Made by a program: the position numbers and the translations under genes. Shown one piece after another: positions 49,980 through 59,847 of a DNA stretch of 64,000 nt (its first letter is position 1; each line of letters opens with the position of its first letter). The notes beneath the pieces were generated by a model that saw only the letters and a list, made by a program, of their open reading frames with translations, had not been told where the DNA came from and ran no database searches. This stretch comes from a phage. The stretch is taken from NCBI GenBank assembly GCA_027468165.1, contig GCA_027468165.1_3951.1; one strand, written 5' to 3'.

Positions 49980-50778
49980 TACATCTGGTCAATACACTCG
50001 CAAGGTGTACCAGTTCTCTTATGAACTTCTCCGCATTTCTACGGAGTGTCGGACTATATCACGTAGCAGTGATGCTACCGTTGCACTTGGGAATGGTCAT
50101 TAGCTTACCACCCTACTCTACTCAGTTCATACGTTAAGTATGCCTTTCGATAGTCTCTGAACGTTTCTCTGTTAGGAATCTCTATAGTTATGTTATTTAC
50201 TTAGGTAGTCAATTGCTCTTTGCATATTATCAACGCTATCTGCAAGCAACCCCAAAGCTCTGTTGCAATTGTGGCATAACATACCTCTTACCTTTCCGGT
50301 TTTATGGTCATGGTCAACAACAAGTTTAGCCTTGTGTCGTGAACCATTCATGATAAAACCTTCACCGCCACAAATTTGACATTTGTAATCACAGTCACGG
50401 AGTAGAGCTTCAACCTCTTCTCTTTCCAATCCATATGTTCTTAGGTAGTAATTCTTAACTCTACCTTTCTCACCGCAATGTGACGAACAATAAACTTGCC
50501 TTGCTGTTCTCGGCATGAACACCTTCTCACAACTAGGACATTTCTTAGTAAGAACCCTGTGTTCTGCCCTTCTGTCAAACTTTAATACACAACTTCTGCA
50601 CCGTTTCTGATTGTATTGGTATGGTTTAAACTCCGTACCACACTCAGTGCATAATCTCTCTTCGTAACCTGCCATTGTCTCTCTCCTTGTTTTAGGAGTC
50701 CTAACAGAGACTTCGCTGCTGATTACCATATCTTTACAGACTTAGGCTTCCAGCAATTCACAACGTTTTACATGCGCC
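49980..50778 (-). mobile_element. Intervening sequence (~0.8 kb) splitting the DNA polymerase inside motif B; carries an HNH endonuclease ORF (candidate group I intron)
   Basis: Polymerase motifs A and first half of B lie upstream, second half of B and motif C downstream; boundaries approximate. Confidence 0.55.
50193..50729 (-). CDS. HNH homing endonuclease
   Basis: HNH core DHDHKTGKVRGMLCHNCNRALG plus two N-terminal Cys4 zinc-finger-like clusters. Confidence 0.8.
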   Translation of the reverse strand: MVISSEVSVRTPKTRRETMAGYEERLCTECGTEFKPYQYNQKRCRSCVLKFDRRAEHRVLTKKCPSCEKVFMPRTARQVYCSSHCGEKGRVKNYYLRTYGLEREEVEALLRDCDYKCQICGGEGFIMNGSRHKAKLVVDHDHKTGKVRGMLCHNCNRALGLLADSVDNMQRAIDYLSK

Positions 50779-52955
50779 ACTGACGCATAAATGCCATTTT
50801 TGGCTTTCTTACGACCTTTACTAATTTCTTGAAGAAGACTTGCATCCTGTGTAGCTCGACATGTCAAGATGTCTTCCTCTTTATTAAGACTGAAGTAGAT
50901 ACTATTTAAAGTATGTGCATCAGTTCCTGAGTACACCACGTACAAGTCATTTTCCGAATCATAATGCAAATACTTGTCAATCTCTGGGTTTAGATACTGG
51001 TCAAAATGTTTGCAATAATATCTACCATCCTCTTGTTTGACAAACTCAACCTCTTCTTTACCCTCTGTCACTGCTTTGGTGAACTCTTTATCACCCATAA
51101 AGTTACACAGCAGTACAAGTTGCGCGCTATTCATATCTGCTGAAACAATATTAGTTCCTTCTTCACAAGTCCAAACTTCCCTCATAGGTGCTCCATAGAC
51201 AGCAGCACCAGACGGTACGTTTACAATACCATATTGTGTCATACGTCCAGTTGAAGTACCAAATACCATTGCACCAGCACTAAGGCGACCATCTGGACGA
51301 ATCTGGTTCAACCAACCTTTTTCATCATCCTTTGAGTTCTCAATAGTTCTGCGTCGGTGCATCAAAGTATAGTACTTAGCAATCTTCTGTCCAAGCTCAC
51401 CTTCAATCGTATCATAAGATGATTCAGTAAGTTTTGGTGAAGTCCTAATCAGACAAGGTTCAAGCAAATCTGTGTACTTCTTCACAGACCAGTTATGCTC
51501 AATGTACTGGACACCTTCGTGTTCAACATAGCTCAAACCACACCGTTCCACCATCTCATCCCACTTAGGATGCTTTGTAATCATCTTTTTGTTGTCTTTG
51601 AAGCGACAAACCTTAACAGGACGACCATCAGAGTCTTTCTTATAGTTCCAGTCATCTGGAATCCAACCAACTGATTTCAAGTAGTCTTTAACAACTGCTA
51701 CCTGAGTCATACGAGAAACTTCGAACTCAATTGGTGTATATGGTGCATCAATCAAACCTGTGTAGCGACTTGACTCAAGTTCAAAGTGGTTAACAACATG
51801 GCTGTTATAGTACTTCACAGTTTTAACTGTTTTTACTGGCTTCCAGTCTTTGCACTTCTTACCAATCTTTGCATTCAACTCATTGCAAATTGCACGAGCA
51901 TCCTTCATTGCTACAAAACCTTCCTTGTACTCTTCACCAGTTACGGAGTTGGTTGGTGTATAGCAATTCCGCTTTTCAATGTTAAAAATCTTTGTAGTTG
52001 GCTTACCAAATGGCTTGATTTCATATGTCTGCATCTCACCGTTACGTACCTGCTGACGATACTTTGTCTTAGGGTACTTGGTAATTCTCTTCAGTCCATC
52101 TGCATGGCCGAATGCTTCAACATACTCATTCCAAGCTTTTGCAAACTCTTCTCCAGTGACTTTGCCTTTGGTCTTAATAGTTGGAGGAAGATGTGGTTCA
52201 ACTTCTGAAGCAAGCTCATTAGTCAACTTGTCAAGTTCCTTTACATGGAACTCCATAAGCTCTTTATCAGCTTTCCAACCATTGATAGCTTGTTGACTCA
52301 TCCAGAAAGATGTTTCTTTAGCTCGCATGTAGGTTTCATAGGTGTCTACGCCACACTTCTTCAGCTTGAGATATTCATTATCCAGTGCACGTTTAGTTTT
52401 GGCGTTAATACGGATATCTTCTACAACACGAGTGAAGATTTCTGCATTCCACACACCCCAATGTTCAATCTCTGGTTTACGTACACCAACACGAGCACCC
52501 CATGCTGCCAAGCCATGAGCACCTTTATAGCCCTTTGGAGTTGGTCTATCCATCCACTGAACACGAGACTGGATAAGAGAATCCTGAAAGAAATTACTCC
52601 ACGGCTTACACTTTGGATTATCAAAGTTCCACAAATCAGGTGCAATGTGATTGAAAACCCACCAGTCATACCCTAAACCATTATGGATGCAAAGTCGTTT
52701 TGCCTTTAACGCAAACTCAATACCTTCACGCAAACCACCCTTAATGTACTTGGTATACTTGTGACCGAGGATAGGCTCATCTGTAAAGACCCATACAGGT
52801 GGCTCTTCATCGTCAGATTTATAGTCTGCGAAAGCCATTACGTGCACTTTAGTGAACTCAAGGAGTAAACCATCAGTTTCTGTATCACCAACTAAATGTA
52901 AGTTTTTAAAATCTACGTTTTCCATTTTTACTCCCTCTAAAATCATTAACCACAT
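50742..52955 (-). CDS. DNA polymerase (family A), N-terminal segment / exon 1 (exonuclease domain, motif A, first half of motif B)
   Basis: Motif A IVSADMNSAQL (Klenow LIVSADYSQIELR), then RKKAKNGIYASV (T7 RDNAKTFIYGFL); the frame runs on 11 codons to a stop. Confidence 0.85.
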   Translation of the reverse strand: MWLMILEGVKMENVDFKNLHLVGDTETDGLLLEFTKVHVMAFADYKSDDEEPPVWVFTDEPILGHKYTKYIKGGLREGIEFALKAKRLCIHNGLGYDWWVFNHIAPDLWNFDNPKCKPWSNFFQDSLIQSRVQWMDRPTPKGYKGAHGLAAWGARVGVRKPEIEHWGVWNAEIFTRVVEDIRINAKTKRALDNEYLKLKKCGVDTYETYMRAKETSFWMSQQAINGWKADKELMEFHVKELDKLTNELASEVEPHLPPTIKTKGKVTGEEFAKAWNEYVEAFGHADGLKRITKYPKTKYRQQVRNGEMQTYEIKPFGKPTTKIFNIEKRNCYTPTNSVTGEEYKEGFVAMKDARAICNELNAKIGKKCKDWKPVKTVKTVKYYNSHVVNHFELESSRYTGLIDAPYTPIEFEVSRMTQVAVVKDYLKSVGWIPDDWNYKKDSDGRPVKVCRFKDNKKMITKHPKWDEMVERCGLSYVEHEGVQYIEHNWSVKKYTDLLEPCLIRTSPKLTESSYDTIEGELGQKIAKYYTLMHRRRTIENSKDDEKGWLNQIRPDGRLSAGAMVFGTSTGRMTQYGIVNVPSGAAVYGAPMREVWTCEEGTNIVSADMNSAQLVLLCNFMGDKEFTKAVTEGKEEVEFVKQEDGRYYCKHFDQYLNPEIDKYLHYDSENDLYVVYSGTDAHTLNSIYFSLNKEEDILTCRATQDASLLQEISKGRKKAKNGIYASVAHVKRCELLEA

Positions 52956-52974
52956 ACATTACTGCAAAAAATTA

Positions 52975-53020
52975 TAAAAAGCAAGTTGACAATGTACTTG
53001 ACAAGGTGTTAATCTTTGCG
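52975..53020 (+). promoter_or_regulatory. Putative promoter region at the minus-to-plus strand switch (tandem TTGACA boxes, motif ACTTGACAAGGTG)
   Basis: AAAAAGCAAGTTGACAATGTACTTGACAAGGTGTTAATC; same arrangement as 11715-11765. Confidence 0.35.
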
Positions 53021-53182
53021 AAGTGGGTTTTTACTTAAAAGGTTACTTAACAGTTTAACTATACAGATACTTTAAAACTCTTAAAAGATTATTTAATAGC
53101 TTTTAAAAAGCTTTAAAGTATAACGTATAGAATACGTTAAGATAAAAGATTAAAACTTAATAGTTACTTAAAAGAGGCTTAC

Positions 53183-53605
53183 ATGCAGAAAATGTTTGTT
53201 CACCCAGACATAGCTGACTTTGTTAGAGCTTTGCAGAAGTTGGAAGAACTTGACATTGCTGCTCAACGGGAATATGCTCACCATCACAGGAGAATGGTTG
53301 ATATACAACATGAAATAGAGTTGTCTGAAAACTATGAAGATGACTTAAAATGCTCTGTATTTGAGCATATGAAAGATGTTGCTACAGCGAGACGTAAAGC
53401 TAAAGACACAGTTGCTTTACTAGATTCTCTTAAAAAGAAGTTGCAAAGTGGTACAGACCTGTGTAATCTAGCGTCACTGATTAATGATGTTGAAACTTCT
53501 TGGGATAGGCATTACTATCCACGTTCTGAAAAGACACTTGACTTTTCTTCATCCGAAAACTTAAAATGCTCTAGAAAGAAACTTAACCAACTGAGAGAGA
53601 AATAA
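53183..53605 (+). CDS. Hypothetical protein (140 aa)
   Basis: ORF track. Confidence 0.5.
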   Translation: MQKMFVHPDIADFVRALQKLEELDIAAQREYAHHHRRMVDIQHEIELSENYEDDLKCSVFEHMKDVATARRKAKDTVALLDSLKKKLQSGTDLCNLASLINDVETSWDRHYYPRSEKTLDFSSSENLKCSRKKLNQLREK

Positions 53606-53606
53606 T

Positions 53607-54419
53607 ATGAACACTACTGTAGACCAGATGCTTAAAGAAAAAGGTGTTGACGAAGCATTCTTAATCAATGCCGTAGAAAGCATGGCTATGATTCTTCGTG
53701 GAAACAACTACACAGAACAGTTTATGCCTGCAAGCTATAACTTGCCTAAAGACAAGTCTGATAACGGTGCTTTTGCAGAACAGGTTAACATGATGCTGTG
53801 CGACAAGAAACTTGCTTTAGCATCCATCGTTGTAGGTGTTGATGCTCTTGCAGAGTTCATCTTTTATGAGATGCAGAAAAATGACTATATTGCCATGACC
53901 TCTGAAGAAAAAGACTCGCTACTACTCTTAGATAATAATGAGCTAGTTGACCTGTTAATTTCGTCAACGAGTGCTGTTATGGCTGCTCTTGAGAAGCGCA
54001 TGGAAGAGAAGCTGTCACGATATGAAAAACTTGATTGGGGTGTAGAAGAGTTAAACCCACGAATCAAAGAGATTATCCAGCAAACCAAAGATTCTTTGGA
54101 AGAAGCTGTGAAAGATGATTCCGTAGCTGATGTAGAACCACTACAGGTGAAGGTCGCTCTGATGATTCCAGCTATTTCTACAATGATGAATATCGTTGCA
54201 CTAATCCAACTTTCACAGATGTTGGGTGTAACCATTGAGTTCGTTGAGGAGATGACTGGTGGTGTCAGTATGCAAGCAATCAATGATGTTTTGGTAAACA
54301 TTGGTGCTTCAATCATTGAAGAGAAGCTGCGTATTAACTTTGGTGATGATTTTGTGAAGCAAGTATCAGCTATGGCTGAAAAAGAGTATTCACAGATTAA
54401 TACCGACCAACTGCACTAA
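53607..54419 (+). CDS. Hypothetical acidic protein (270 aa)
   Basis: ORF track. Confidence 0.5.
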   Translation: MNTTVDQMLKEKGVDEAFLINAVESMAMILRGNNYTEQFMPASYNLPKDKSDNGAFAEQVNMMLCDKKLALASIVVGVDALAEFIFYEMQKNDYIAMTSEEKDSLLLLDNNELVDLLISSTSAVMAALEKRMEEKLSRYEKLDWGVEELNPRIKEIIQQTKDSLEEAVKDDSVADVEPLQVKVALMIPAISTMMNIVALIQLSQMLGVTIEFVEEMTGGVSMQAINDVLVNIGASIIEEKLRINFGDDFVKQVSAMAEKEYSQINTDQLH

Positions 54420-54436
54420 GTCTTTATAAACCCTAC

Positions 54437-54462
54437 AAGCCTCCTTAGTTGGGGGCTTTTTT
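54437..54462 (+). terminator. Intrinsic terminator (AAGCCTCC ... GGGGGCTT followed by TTTTTT)
   Basis: Read directly. Confidence 0.6.
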
Positions 54463-54481
54463 AGTAATGAAGGGAGGTAGA

Positions 54482-55225
54482 ATGAGTAGTATTATTGCAT
54501 TTACTGGAAAGGCACGTTCTGGAAAAGACACCTCATGCTCTATTGTCAAGAATATCTTAGAAGATGAGTATGGCTACAATGTTGCAGTAATGGCCTATGC
54601 AGACAATCTTAAGCTATCTGCGTCAAAGATATTTGACCTGACTTGGAATGACCTTTACGGAGAAACTAAAGAGACTCCACAGGTTTTTGATTTATCATAC
54701 CCTGAACTTATGAGTAAAGTTACGGAAGCTATGGAGTTCACCTTCAGAGATGAACGTTACCATATGGACTTTAAGCTTATGTCTGAGTTAACCGGACGAT
54801 TAATCATGGAACTTAAGAGGGTTGCTAAACCAACTCTATTGACACGTCTGGGTTTTAGCAAGAAGTATAAATTCTCATCAAGACAAATTCAACAGATTTG
54901 GGGTACTGAAGTTATCCGTAAAGTTATGGGTGACAAGTTCTGGGCTAAAGACCTTGAAAAAAGAATGGTAAACTTCTTTGATGTTTGCTCACTTAGGAAT
55001 CAAGAAGGTGTTGTTTTAATCAGTGACTTAAGGTTTGACTCTGAAGCTGAGTGGTTGAGCAGATTTGCACACCAAACTATTGAAGTAAAAAGAGACAATG
55101 TGGACAAGGTTTCATCACATGTTTCAGAAAATGGAATTTCTACTAAATATGCGCGTGACATTATCCATAATAATGGTACTCTTGAAGACCTTGAAAACAA
55201 GCTAAGAGCTATCCTGAAAATTTAA
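54482..55225 (+). CDS. Deoxynucleoside monophosphate kinase (T4 gp1-like)
   Basis: P-loop GKARSGKDT matches T4 dNMP kinase (GVKRSGKDT); start trimmed to ATG with SD AAGGGAGG. Confidence 0.65.
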   Translation: MSSIIAFTGKARSGKDTSCSIVKNILEDEYGYNVAVMAYADNLKLSASKIFDLTWNDLYGETKETPQVFDLSYPELMSKVTEAMEFTFRDERYHMDFKLMSELTGRLIMELKRVAKPTLLTRLGFSKKYKFSSRQIQQIWGTEVIRKVMGDKFWAKDLEKRMVNFFDVCSLRNQEGVVLISDLRFDSEAEWLSRFAHQTIEVKRDNVDKVSSHVSENGISTKYARDIIHNNGTLEDLENKLRAILKI

Positions 55226-55233
55226 AAGAGAGA

Positions 55234-55434
55234 ATGAAGATGAGAGTAAAAGATAATTTCAAAGTTATTGACCATCGTTTAGTGGAACTCTCATCTCTTT
55301 CCAATGAGGTAATGATTGAACGTCTTAAGAGAGTTGAATCACGAAGGAAAGAGATTGCAGATGAAATTCATGAACTGGACAAGATTGAAAATGGATTGAA
55401 GGCAGAACTACAACGAAGAGGTGCTAATGTCTAA
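55234..55434 (+). CDS. Small coiled-coil protein (66 aa)
   Basis: ORF track. Confidence 0.4.
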   Translation: MKMRVKDNFKVIDHRLVELSSLSNEVMIERLKRVESRRKEIADEIHELDKIENGLKAELQRRGANV

Positions 55435-57412
55435 AGGTCGTAAATTGAAAGAGGCTGGTCAGTTTATTGGTCATTGTGCATGTCCACGTTGTGGTTCATC
55501 AGATGCTGGTTCAATCTACCATCATGACGATGATTCTTATTCGATGACTTGCTTTAGCTGTAACAAAGGTTTCCCAGAGTGGGATTTTGATAAAGGACAA
55601 ATCGTGAGCACTTATTCTACTGGTTCAGATAATAAAAACCGTACTTTCCGTGGAATGGATTTAGACGATGTAAAAGAAAACCTAGAAGCAATGGACTTGA
55701 AAGATAGGAAGATTCCTGCAAAAGTCCTTGAACGTTTAGGTATCAAGGTTGACATTGATAGTGACGGTGAAATTGATGCACATTTCTATCCGACTTACAA
55801 ACGTAATGAAGATGGCAAGCTAGAACATGTTGGTTATCGTGTTCGTCACCGTTACCCAGAAGACCATCCAAAAGAACACCTACGTGGTAAGTTAAAAGAC
55901 TTTTCAGGTGGTGTTGGAGATATTAAAGGCGAACTGGCAATGTTTGGTTCATGGATTGCTCCAGAAGGTGGTAACCGTTTATTCATCTGGGAAGGTGAGA
56001 TGGAATGTGCGACAGCTATCTACATGACTTCTTTGGCAATTAAAGATAAGTCTCGTCGTAAGAATTACTGTCACGTATCTGTTCCATCAGGTGCAAACAT
56101 TAAGTCTATCAAAGACAACTATCAGTACATCACATCATTTGATGAGATTTACTTGTGCTTTGATAACGATGAAGCAGGTGCTAAAGCCACTAAAGAGGCT
56201 GCTGGTATCCTCCCTATTGAGAAGGTTCGTTTATTCCAGTATCCAGAAGGTGTAAAAGACCTTAACGAATGGTGGACAAAGTTCTATAAAGAGAAAGATA
56301 CAGTTCTGGAAGGATTTAAGCAGCGTATCTACAACGCACCTCGTTACTGCCCTGCTGGTATCAAGAACTTCGCAGATGGTTTTGAGGCAATGAAGAATCG
56401 TGGTCAGATTCCATTGATTCCTTTCCCAGAGTCTTTCGGAGATTTGAACAGGCTGACTTATGGTGGTTATGGTTTAGGTGAGATTACAACTATTGCAGCA
56501 CCATCTTCAGTAGGTAAGTCAGCTTACACTCGTGAGATGATTTATTCAGCTTGGAAAGAAACTGATTATAATATCGGTGTAATTCCTGTAGAAGATACCT
56601 ATGAAGAGTTGATGGAGATGCTCTGTGCAATTCACCTGAGCAAACAGATTTCTGAGATTCCTTATGACGAACGTGATTGGGATGAATTAAGGGGGGCACA
56701 CGCAGAGCTTTCTAAAGGTCGTCGAATCCATATCGTTGACCATCAAGGGGCAATTGACCAAGATAACCTGCTAGAGTTTGTTGACTATCTTGTTAATAGT
56801 TTAGACTGTAAGATTATCATCCTTGACCCTATTACGTTGGCTCTGTCACGTTCAGATACGGATGAAGAGGAAGTTTTGTCTGAGCTATTGCGTCGTTGTA
56901 AACGCTACCAGTATGCGCAGGTAAACGTGTGTCACGTTCGTAAGAGTGCAGGTGGTCAGAAAGCCAACTCTGAAGGTGGAGATATCTCTGAAGAGGATAT
57001 TAAGGGTTCTGGTGCATACTTCCAGATTTCCATGAACAACATTCTGTTAATGCGTAACAAGGTTGACCCAGACCCTGTTAAGAAAAACTTGACAAAAATC
57101 AAGTTAACTAAGTGCCGTCGTCATGGTAAGTCAACAGGTATTGCTGGACACACTTGGTACAATCCAGACACAGGACGTCTTATCAAAGCTTCTGGATGTG
57201 GTGTTGATATTGATGGTGCAGCAGAAAATATTCGGCAACAGTTTGGTATTGGTGAAGCCGAAGACCATTACGATGACTCTTTGCCACATTATGAGGATGA
57301 AGTGTTTGACCGTGAGACTGGTGAAGTCTATACTGAAGAGCAGCGTCAAAGCTCAACGATTCCACCTGTATTAAGTGAGGATGCAGATGACTGCCCATTC
57401 GAAACTGAGTGA
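55421..57412 (+). CDS. Primase-helicase (T7 gp4-like)
   Basis: N-terminal Cys4 zinc ribbon (CPRCGSSD...CFSCN), central TOPRIM-like region, C-terminal Walker A (AAPSSVGKSAYT). Confidence 0.85.
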   Translation: MLMSKGRKLKEAGQFIGHCACPRCGSSDAGSIYHHDDDSYSMTCFSCNKGFPEWDFDKGQIVSTYSTGSDNKNRTFRGMDLDDVKENLEAMDLKDRKIPAKVLERLGIKVDIDSDGEIDAHFYPTYKRNEDGKLEHVGYRVRHRYPEDHPKEHLRGKLKDFSGGVGDIKGELAMFGSWIAPEGGNRLFIWEGEMECATAIYMTSLAIKDKSRRKNYCHVSVPSGANIKSIKDNYQYITSFDEIYLCFDNDEAGAKATKEAAGILPIEKVRLFQYPEGVKDLNEWWTKFYKEKDTVLEGFKQRIYNAPRYCPAGIKNFADGFEAMKNRGQIPLIPFPESFGDLNRLTYGGYGLGEITTIAAPSSVGKSAYTREMIYSAWKETDYNIGVIPVEDTYEELMEMLCAIHLSKQISEIPYDERDWDELRGAHAELSKGRRIHIVDHQGAIDQDNLLEFVDYLVNSLDCKIIILDPITLALSRSDTDEEEVLSELLRRCKRYQYAQVNVCHVRKSAGGQKANSEGGDISEEDIKGSGAYFQISMNNILLMRNKVDPDPVKKNLTKIKLTKCRRHGKSTGIAGHTWYNPDTGRLIKASGCGVDIDGAAENIRQQFGIGEAEDHYDDSLPHYEDEVFDRETGEVYTEEQRQSSTIPPVLSEDADDCPFETE

Positions 57413-57482
57413 TAGTTATAAAAGAGAGGGGTTCACACCCTTCTTTGAAGAAAAAAGTTTAAATAAATTTCAGGAAGAGTGT

Positions 57483-57511
57483 TTGACAAAGATTGATAGG
57501 TTCTATAGAAT
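57483..57511 (+). promoter_or_regulatory. Putative promoter (TTGACA 57483-57488, 17 bp, TAGAAT 57506-57511)
   Basis: Near-consensus sigma70 elements upstream of the small ORF at 57665. Confidence 0.5.
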
Positions 57512-57664
57512 GCTCCACATGAAATGCAATGGGGGAGTTGAGATAAAACAAGATTTCCACCAGAGCATGATTACGGTCATCATTGCGCTACCTCAGCATA
57601 ATATTAGTTGGCTGTTTATAATTAAAGAAAATGTGTTTGAATATCAAGTATATCGGAGAATATC

Positions 57665-57814
57665 ATGAAACACTCTAAAGCATTTGAAAAAGTTTTTGGG
57701 GATTCCTTAAAAGCCACTGCTGGCAAACCAGCAAAATACTATGAAGAGAAGCGTGTAAGAACTGGAAAAACTGCACGTAAAGCAGCTTCTAAAGATAAGC
57801 ACAATTTCCAGTAA
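57665..57814 (+). CDS. Small basic protein (49 aa; below ORF-track size cutoff)
   Basis: SD GGAGAA 5 nt upstream of ATG; manual translation MKHSKAFEKVFGDSLKATAGKPAKYYEEKRVRTGKTARKAASKDKHNFQ. Confidence 0.4.
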   Translation: MKHSKAFEKVFGDSLKATAGKPAKYYEEKRVRTGKTARKAASKDKHNFQ

Positions 57815-57821
57815 TTAATGT

Positions 57822-57850
57822 TTGACAATAGAGTATCAACAAATTAGAAT
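57822..57850 (+). promoter_or_regulatory. Putative promoter (TTGACA 57822-57827, 17 bp, TAGAAT 57845-57850)
   Basis: Near-consensus sigma70 elements upstream of the SSB gene. Confidence 0.55.
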
Positions 57851-57886
57851 TGGTACTCTTCATAAATTGAGATAGAGGTTTAAATA

Positions 57887-58744
57887 ATGTCTAAAGTTGT
57901 TAAAATGAAAGCTCCGGTAGAGAAGTACAATGGTACTGAACGTCAAACTCTGCGTTACCTGCTGAAAGATGTTTGGTTTTATTACCTGAACACTTCACCA
58001 CGTCCGGCAAAAGGTAAATCCATTGATAAGAAATTCCCAGGAAAAGATTGTAACTACAGTGTTTCAATTCTGGCAGAGGATGGTAACAAGCTGTTTAAAG
58101 AGTTTACTAAGTCTAAGAAAAACCCAGAAGGTTGGGATAAAGTTACTACTGAAGCAGTTGATGCAGATGACTTCGAAGAGAAGTTTGGTTGCAAACCACC
58201 ATTTGAAGCAGACACTTACCATATCTTGAAAGTAAGTCGTGCAGCAGCTTATAAAGATGGTGCTGTGTGGACAGCTAAACAGTCATTCCCTGTAATGCTG
58301 ATTGAAGAAGTAAATGGTAAGCGTGTAGCTGTTAAACAGCCGATGAAGAAAATCAAAGCTCAAGCATCTGACAAACATGAAGATGACAAGAACTATGATG
58401 TAATTCATCCAGATATTGCAGTCGGTAACGGTTCTTTTGGTAGTGTGATTCTTTCTACTCACTTCTACACTTTTGAGAACAATGTTCTGACAAAACCTAT
58501 TCAGGAACAGTTTATCATTGATACCCTTGTACCTTACACTGGTGGTAACGGTGCTAACGGTGAACCTGAACTGGATGAAGACGAACTGGCTATGCTTGGT
58601 CTTGATGGTGTTGAAGATAACGGTGAAATCACTGAAGAAGACGCAAAAGACCACAAACCTTCGAATGATTCTGATGATGGTGACGATGAAGACTTGCCAG
58701 ACCCAGATGACGAAGAAGATGAAGACTTCGATACAGAAGACTAA
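57887..58744 (+). CDS. Single-stranded DNA-binding protein (T7 gp2.5-like) with acidic C-terminal tail
   Basis: Position between helicase and exonuclease; C-terminus DGDDEDLPDPDDEEDEDFDTED. Confidence 0.55.
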   Translation: MSKVVKMKAPVEKYNGTERQTLRYLLKDVWFYYLNTSPRPAKGKSIDKKFPGKDCNYSVSILAEDGNKLFKEFTKSKKNPEGWDKVTTEAVDADDFEEKFGCKPPFEADTYHILKVSRAAAYKDGAVWTAKQSFPVMLIEEVNGKRVAVKQPMKKIKAQASDKHEDDKNYDVIHPDIAVGNGSFGSVILSTHFYTFENNVLTKPIQEQFIIDTLVPYTGGNGANGEPELDEDELAMLGLDGVEDNGEITEEDAKDHKPSNDSDDGDDEDLPDPDDEEDEDFDTED

Positions 58745-58762
58745 TCTCTAAAAGTTACTTTA

Positions 58763-58790
58763 AAGCCCTGTACTTGGTATGGGGCTTTTT
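58763..58790 (+). terminator. Intrinsic terminator (AAAGCCC ... GGGGCTTT followed by TT)
   Basis: Read directly. Confidence 0.55.
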
Positions 58791-58806
58791 CATATGGAGA
58801 GTCACA

Positions 58807-59847
58807 ATGGAGAAGTATACGCTAACAAAACTTCCCGATTCAGTTACACATGTCTTTATTGACTCTGACAGTATTGCCTATAAAGGTGCTTGTGTAGTTG
58901 AGAAAGCAAAATATAAATATGTCAATAAACTCACAGCAGAAGAATCTGAACCATTTGATAATGCAAAAGATGCTGCAAGATGGTTAGCAGACCAGAGAAT
59001 CTTTGTAGAAGAGCTTGGCCTAACATTTGATGAAGATGAATGGGAAAGACAGACTTGGAAAGAAGCTAAGAGTGAAAAAGAAGCTATCATGGCTACTCAG
59101 CAGGTTCTTCAGGAATGGCTTAAGGTTGTTGGTAAAGAAAGAACTTGGGTAGGTTATTTAACAGAGAAGGGTGTGCATAAACATAAAGACGTTAAAGGTC
59201 TTGAGCACCAATATCAAGGTAACCGTAAAGATGCTGTCACACCAACACACTTAGTTGCTTGTCGTGAATATCTTTTATCCAGACCAGAGTTCAAACTCTT
59301 AAAGGGTGGATTCGAAGCTGATTCCATCGTAATTGCTAAAGCTGAAAAGATGGGTAAGAAAGCTGCTCTTATGAGTATTGACAAAGACCTTCGACAAGCT
59401 GAAGGAACCTATTGTATTGATATGACTTATGAAAAATCACCACTAATTTTTATCGCTGATAATAACGTTGGTGATATCTGGGATTGTCCTATCAAATCAA
59501 AACCAAAAGCTGCAAAAACAGTTGGTGTAGGTTTTAAATTTTTGTGTTATCAGGCTGTTGCTGGTGATAATGCAGATAACTACTTCGGTCTTAAAGGTGC
59601 TGGAAAAGTAGCTGTGATGAATGCTTTAGATGGTAAAGAGACCTATAAAGAGTGTCTTGACGCTATCTATGAACTCTATGCTAAAAAAGAGTCTTATACC
59701 TATGTATCATGGGATGGACAGACTGTTACAAAAACACCATTAGAGTTAATGGAGCAGCATTTCTGGGTAGCATATCAAGAGAGAAATCCAAAAGATAATT
59801 TCTCTTTTAAGAAATATAATTGGGAGCCGTGTATGAATGAAGATTAA
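58807..59847 (+). CDS. 5'-3' exonuclease (T7 gp6 / FEN-like)
   Basis: Pattern HVFIDSDSIAY...YQGNRK...MSIDKDL...AVAGDNADNYFG parallels T7 gp6; start trimmed to ATG with SD GGAGAG. Confidence 0.65.
   Translation: MEKYTLTKLPDSVTHVFIDSDSIAYKGACVVEKAKYKYVNKLTAEESEPFDNAKDAARWLADQRIFVEELGLTFDEDEWERQTWKEAKSEKEAIMATQQVLQEWLKVVGKERTWVGYLTEKGVHKHKDVKGLEHQYQGNRKDAVTPTHLVACREYLLSRPEFKLLKGGFEADSIVIAKAEKMGKKAALMSIDKDLRQAEGTYCIDMTYEKSPLIFIADNNVGDIWDCPIKSKPKAAKTVGVGFKFLCYQAVAGDNADNYFGLKGAGKVAVMNALDGKETYKECLDAIYELYAKKESYTYVSWDGQTVTKTPLELMEQHFWVAYQERNPKDNFSFKKYNWEPCMNED

Noticed and set aside
49980-50778. Intein as the explanation for the polymerase interruption
   Set aside because: The upstream polymerase frame ends in a stop and the endonuclease is a separate ORF with its own start, which does not fit an in-frame intein; an intron or split gene is more consistent.
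57375-57668. ORF 57375-57668 (97 aa) overlapping the 3' end of the primase-helicase gene
   Set aside because: Overlaps the helicase coding end and then spans an intergenic region containing a good promoter (57483-57511); the real small gene is more likely the SD-preceded ORF at 57665-57814.
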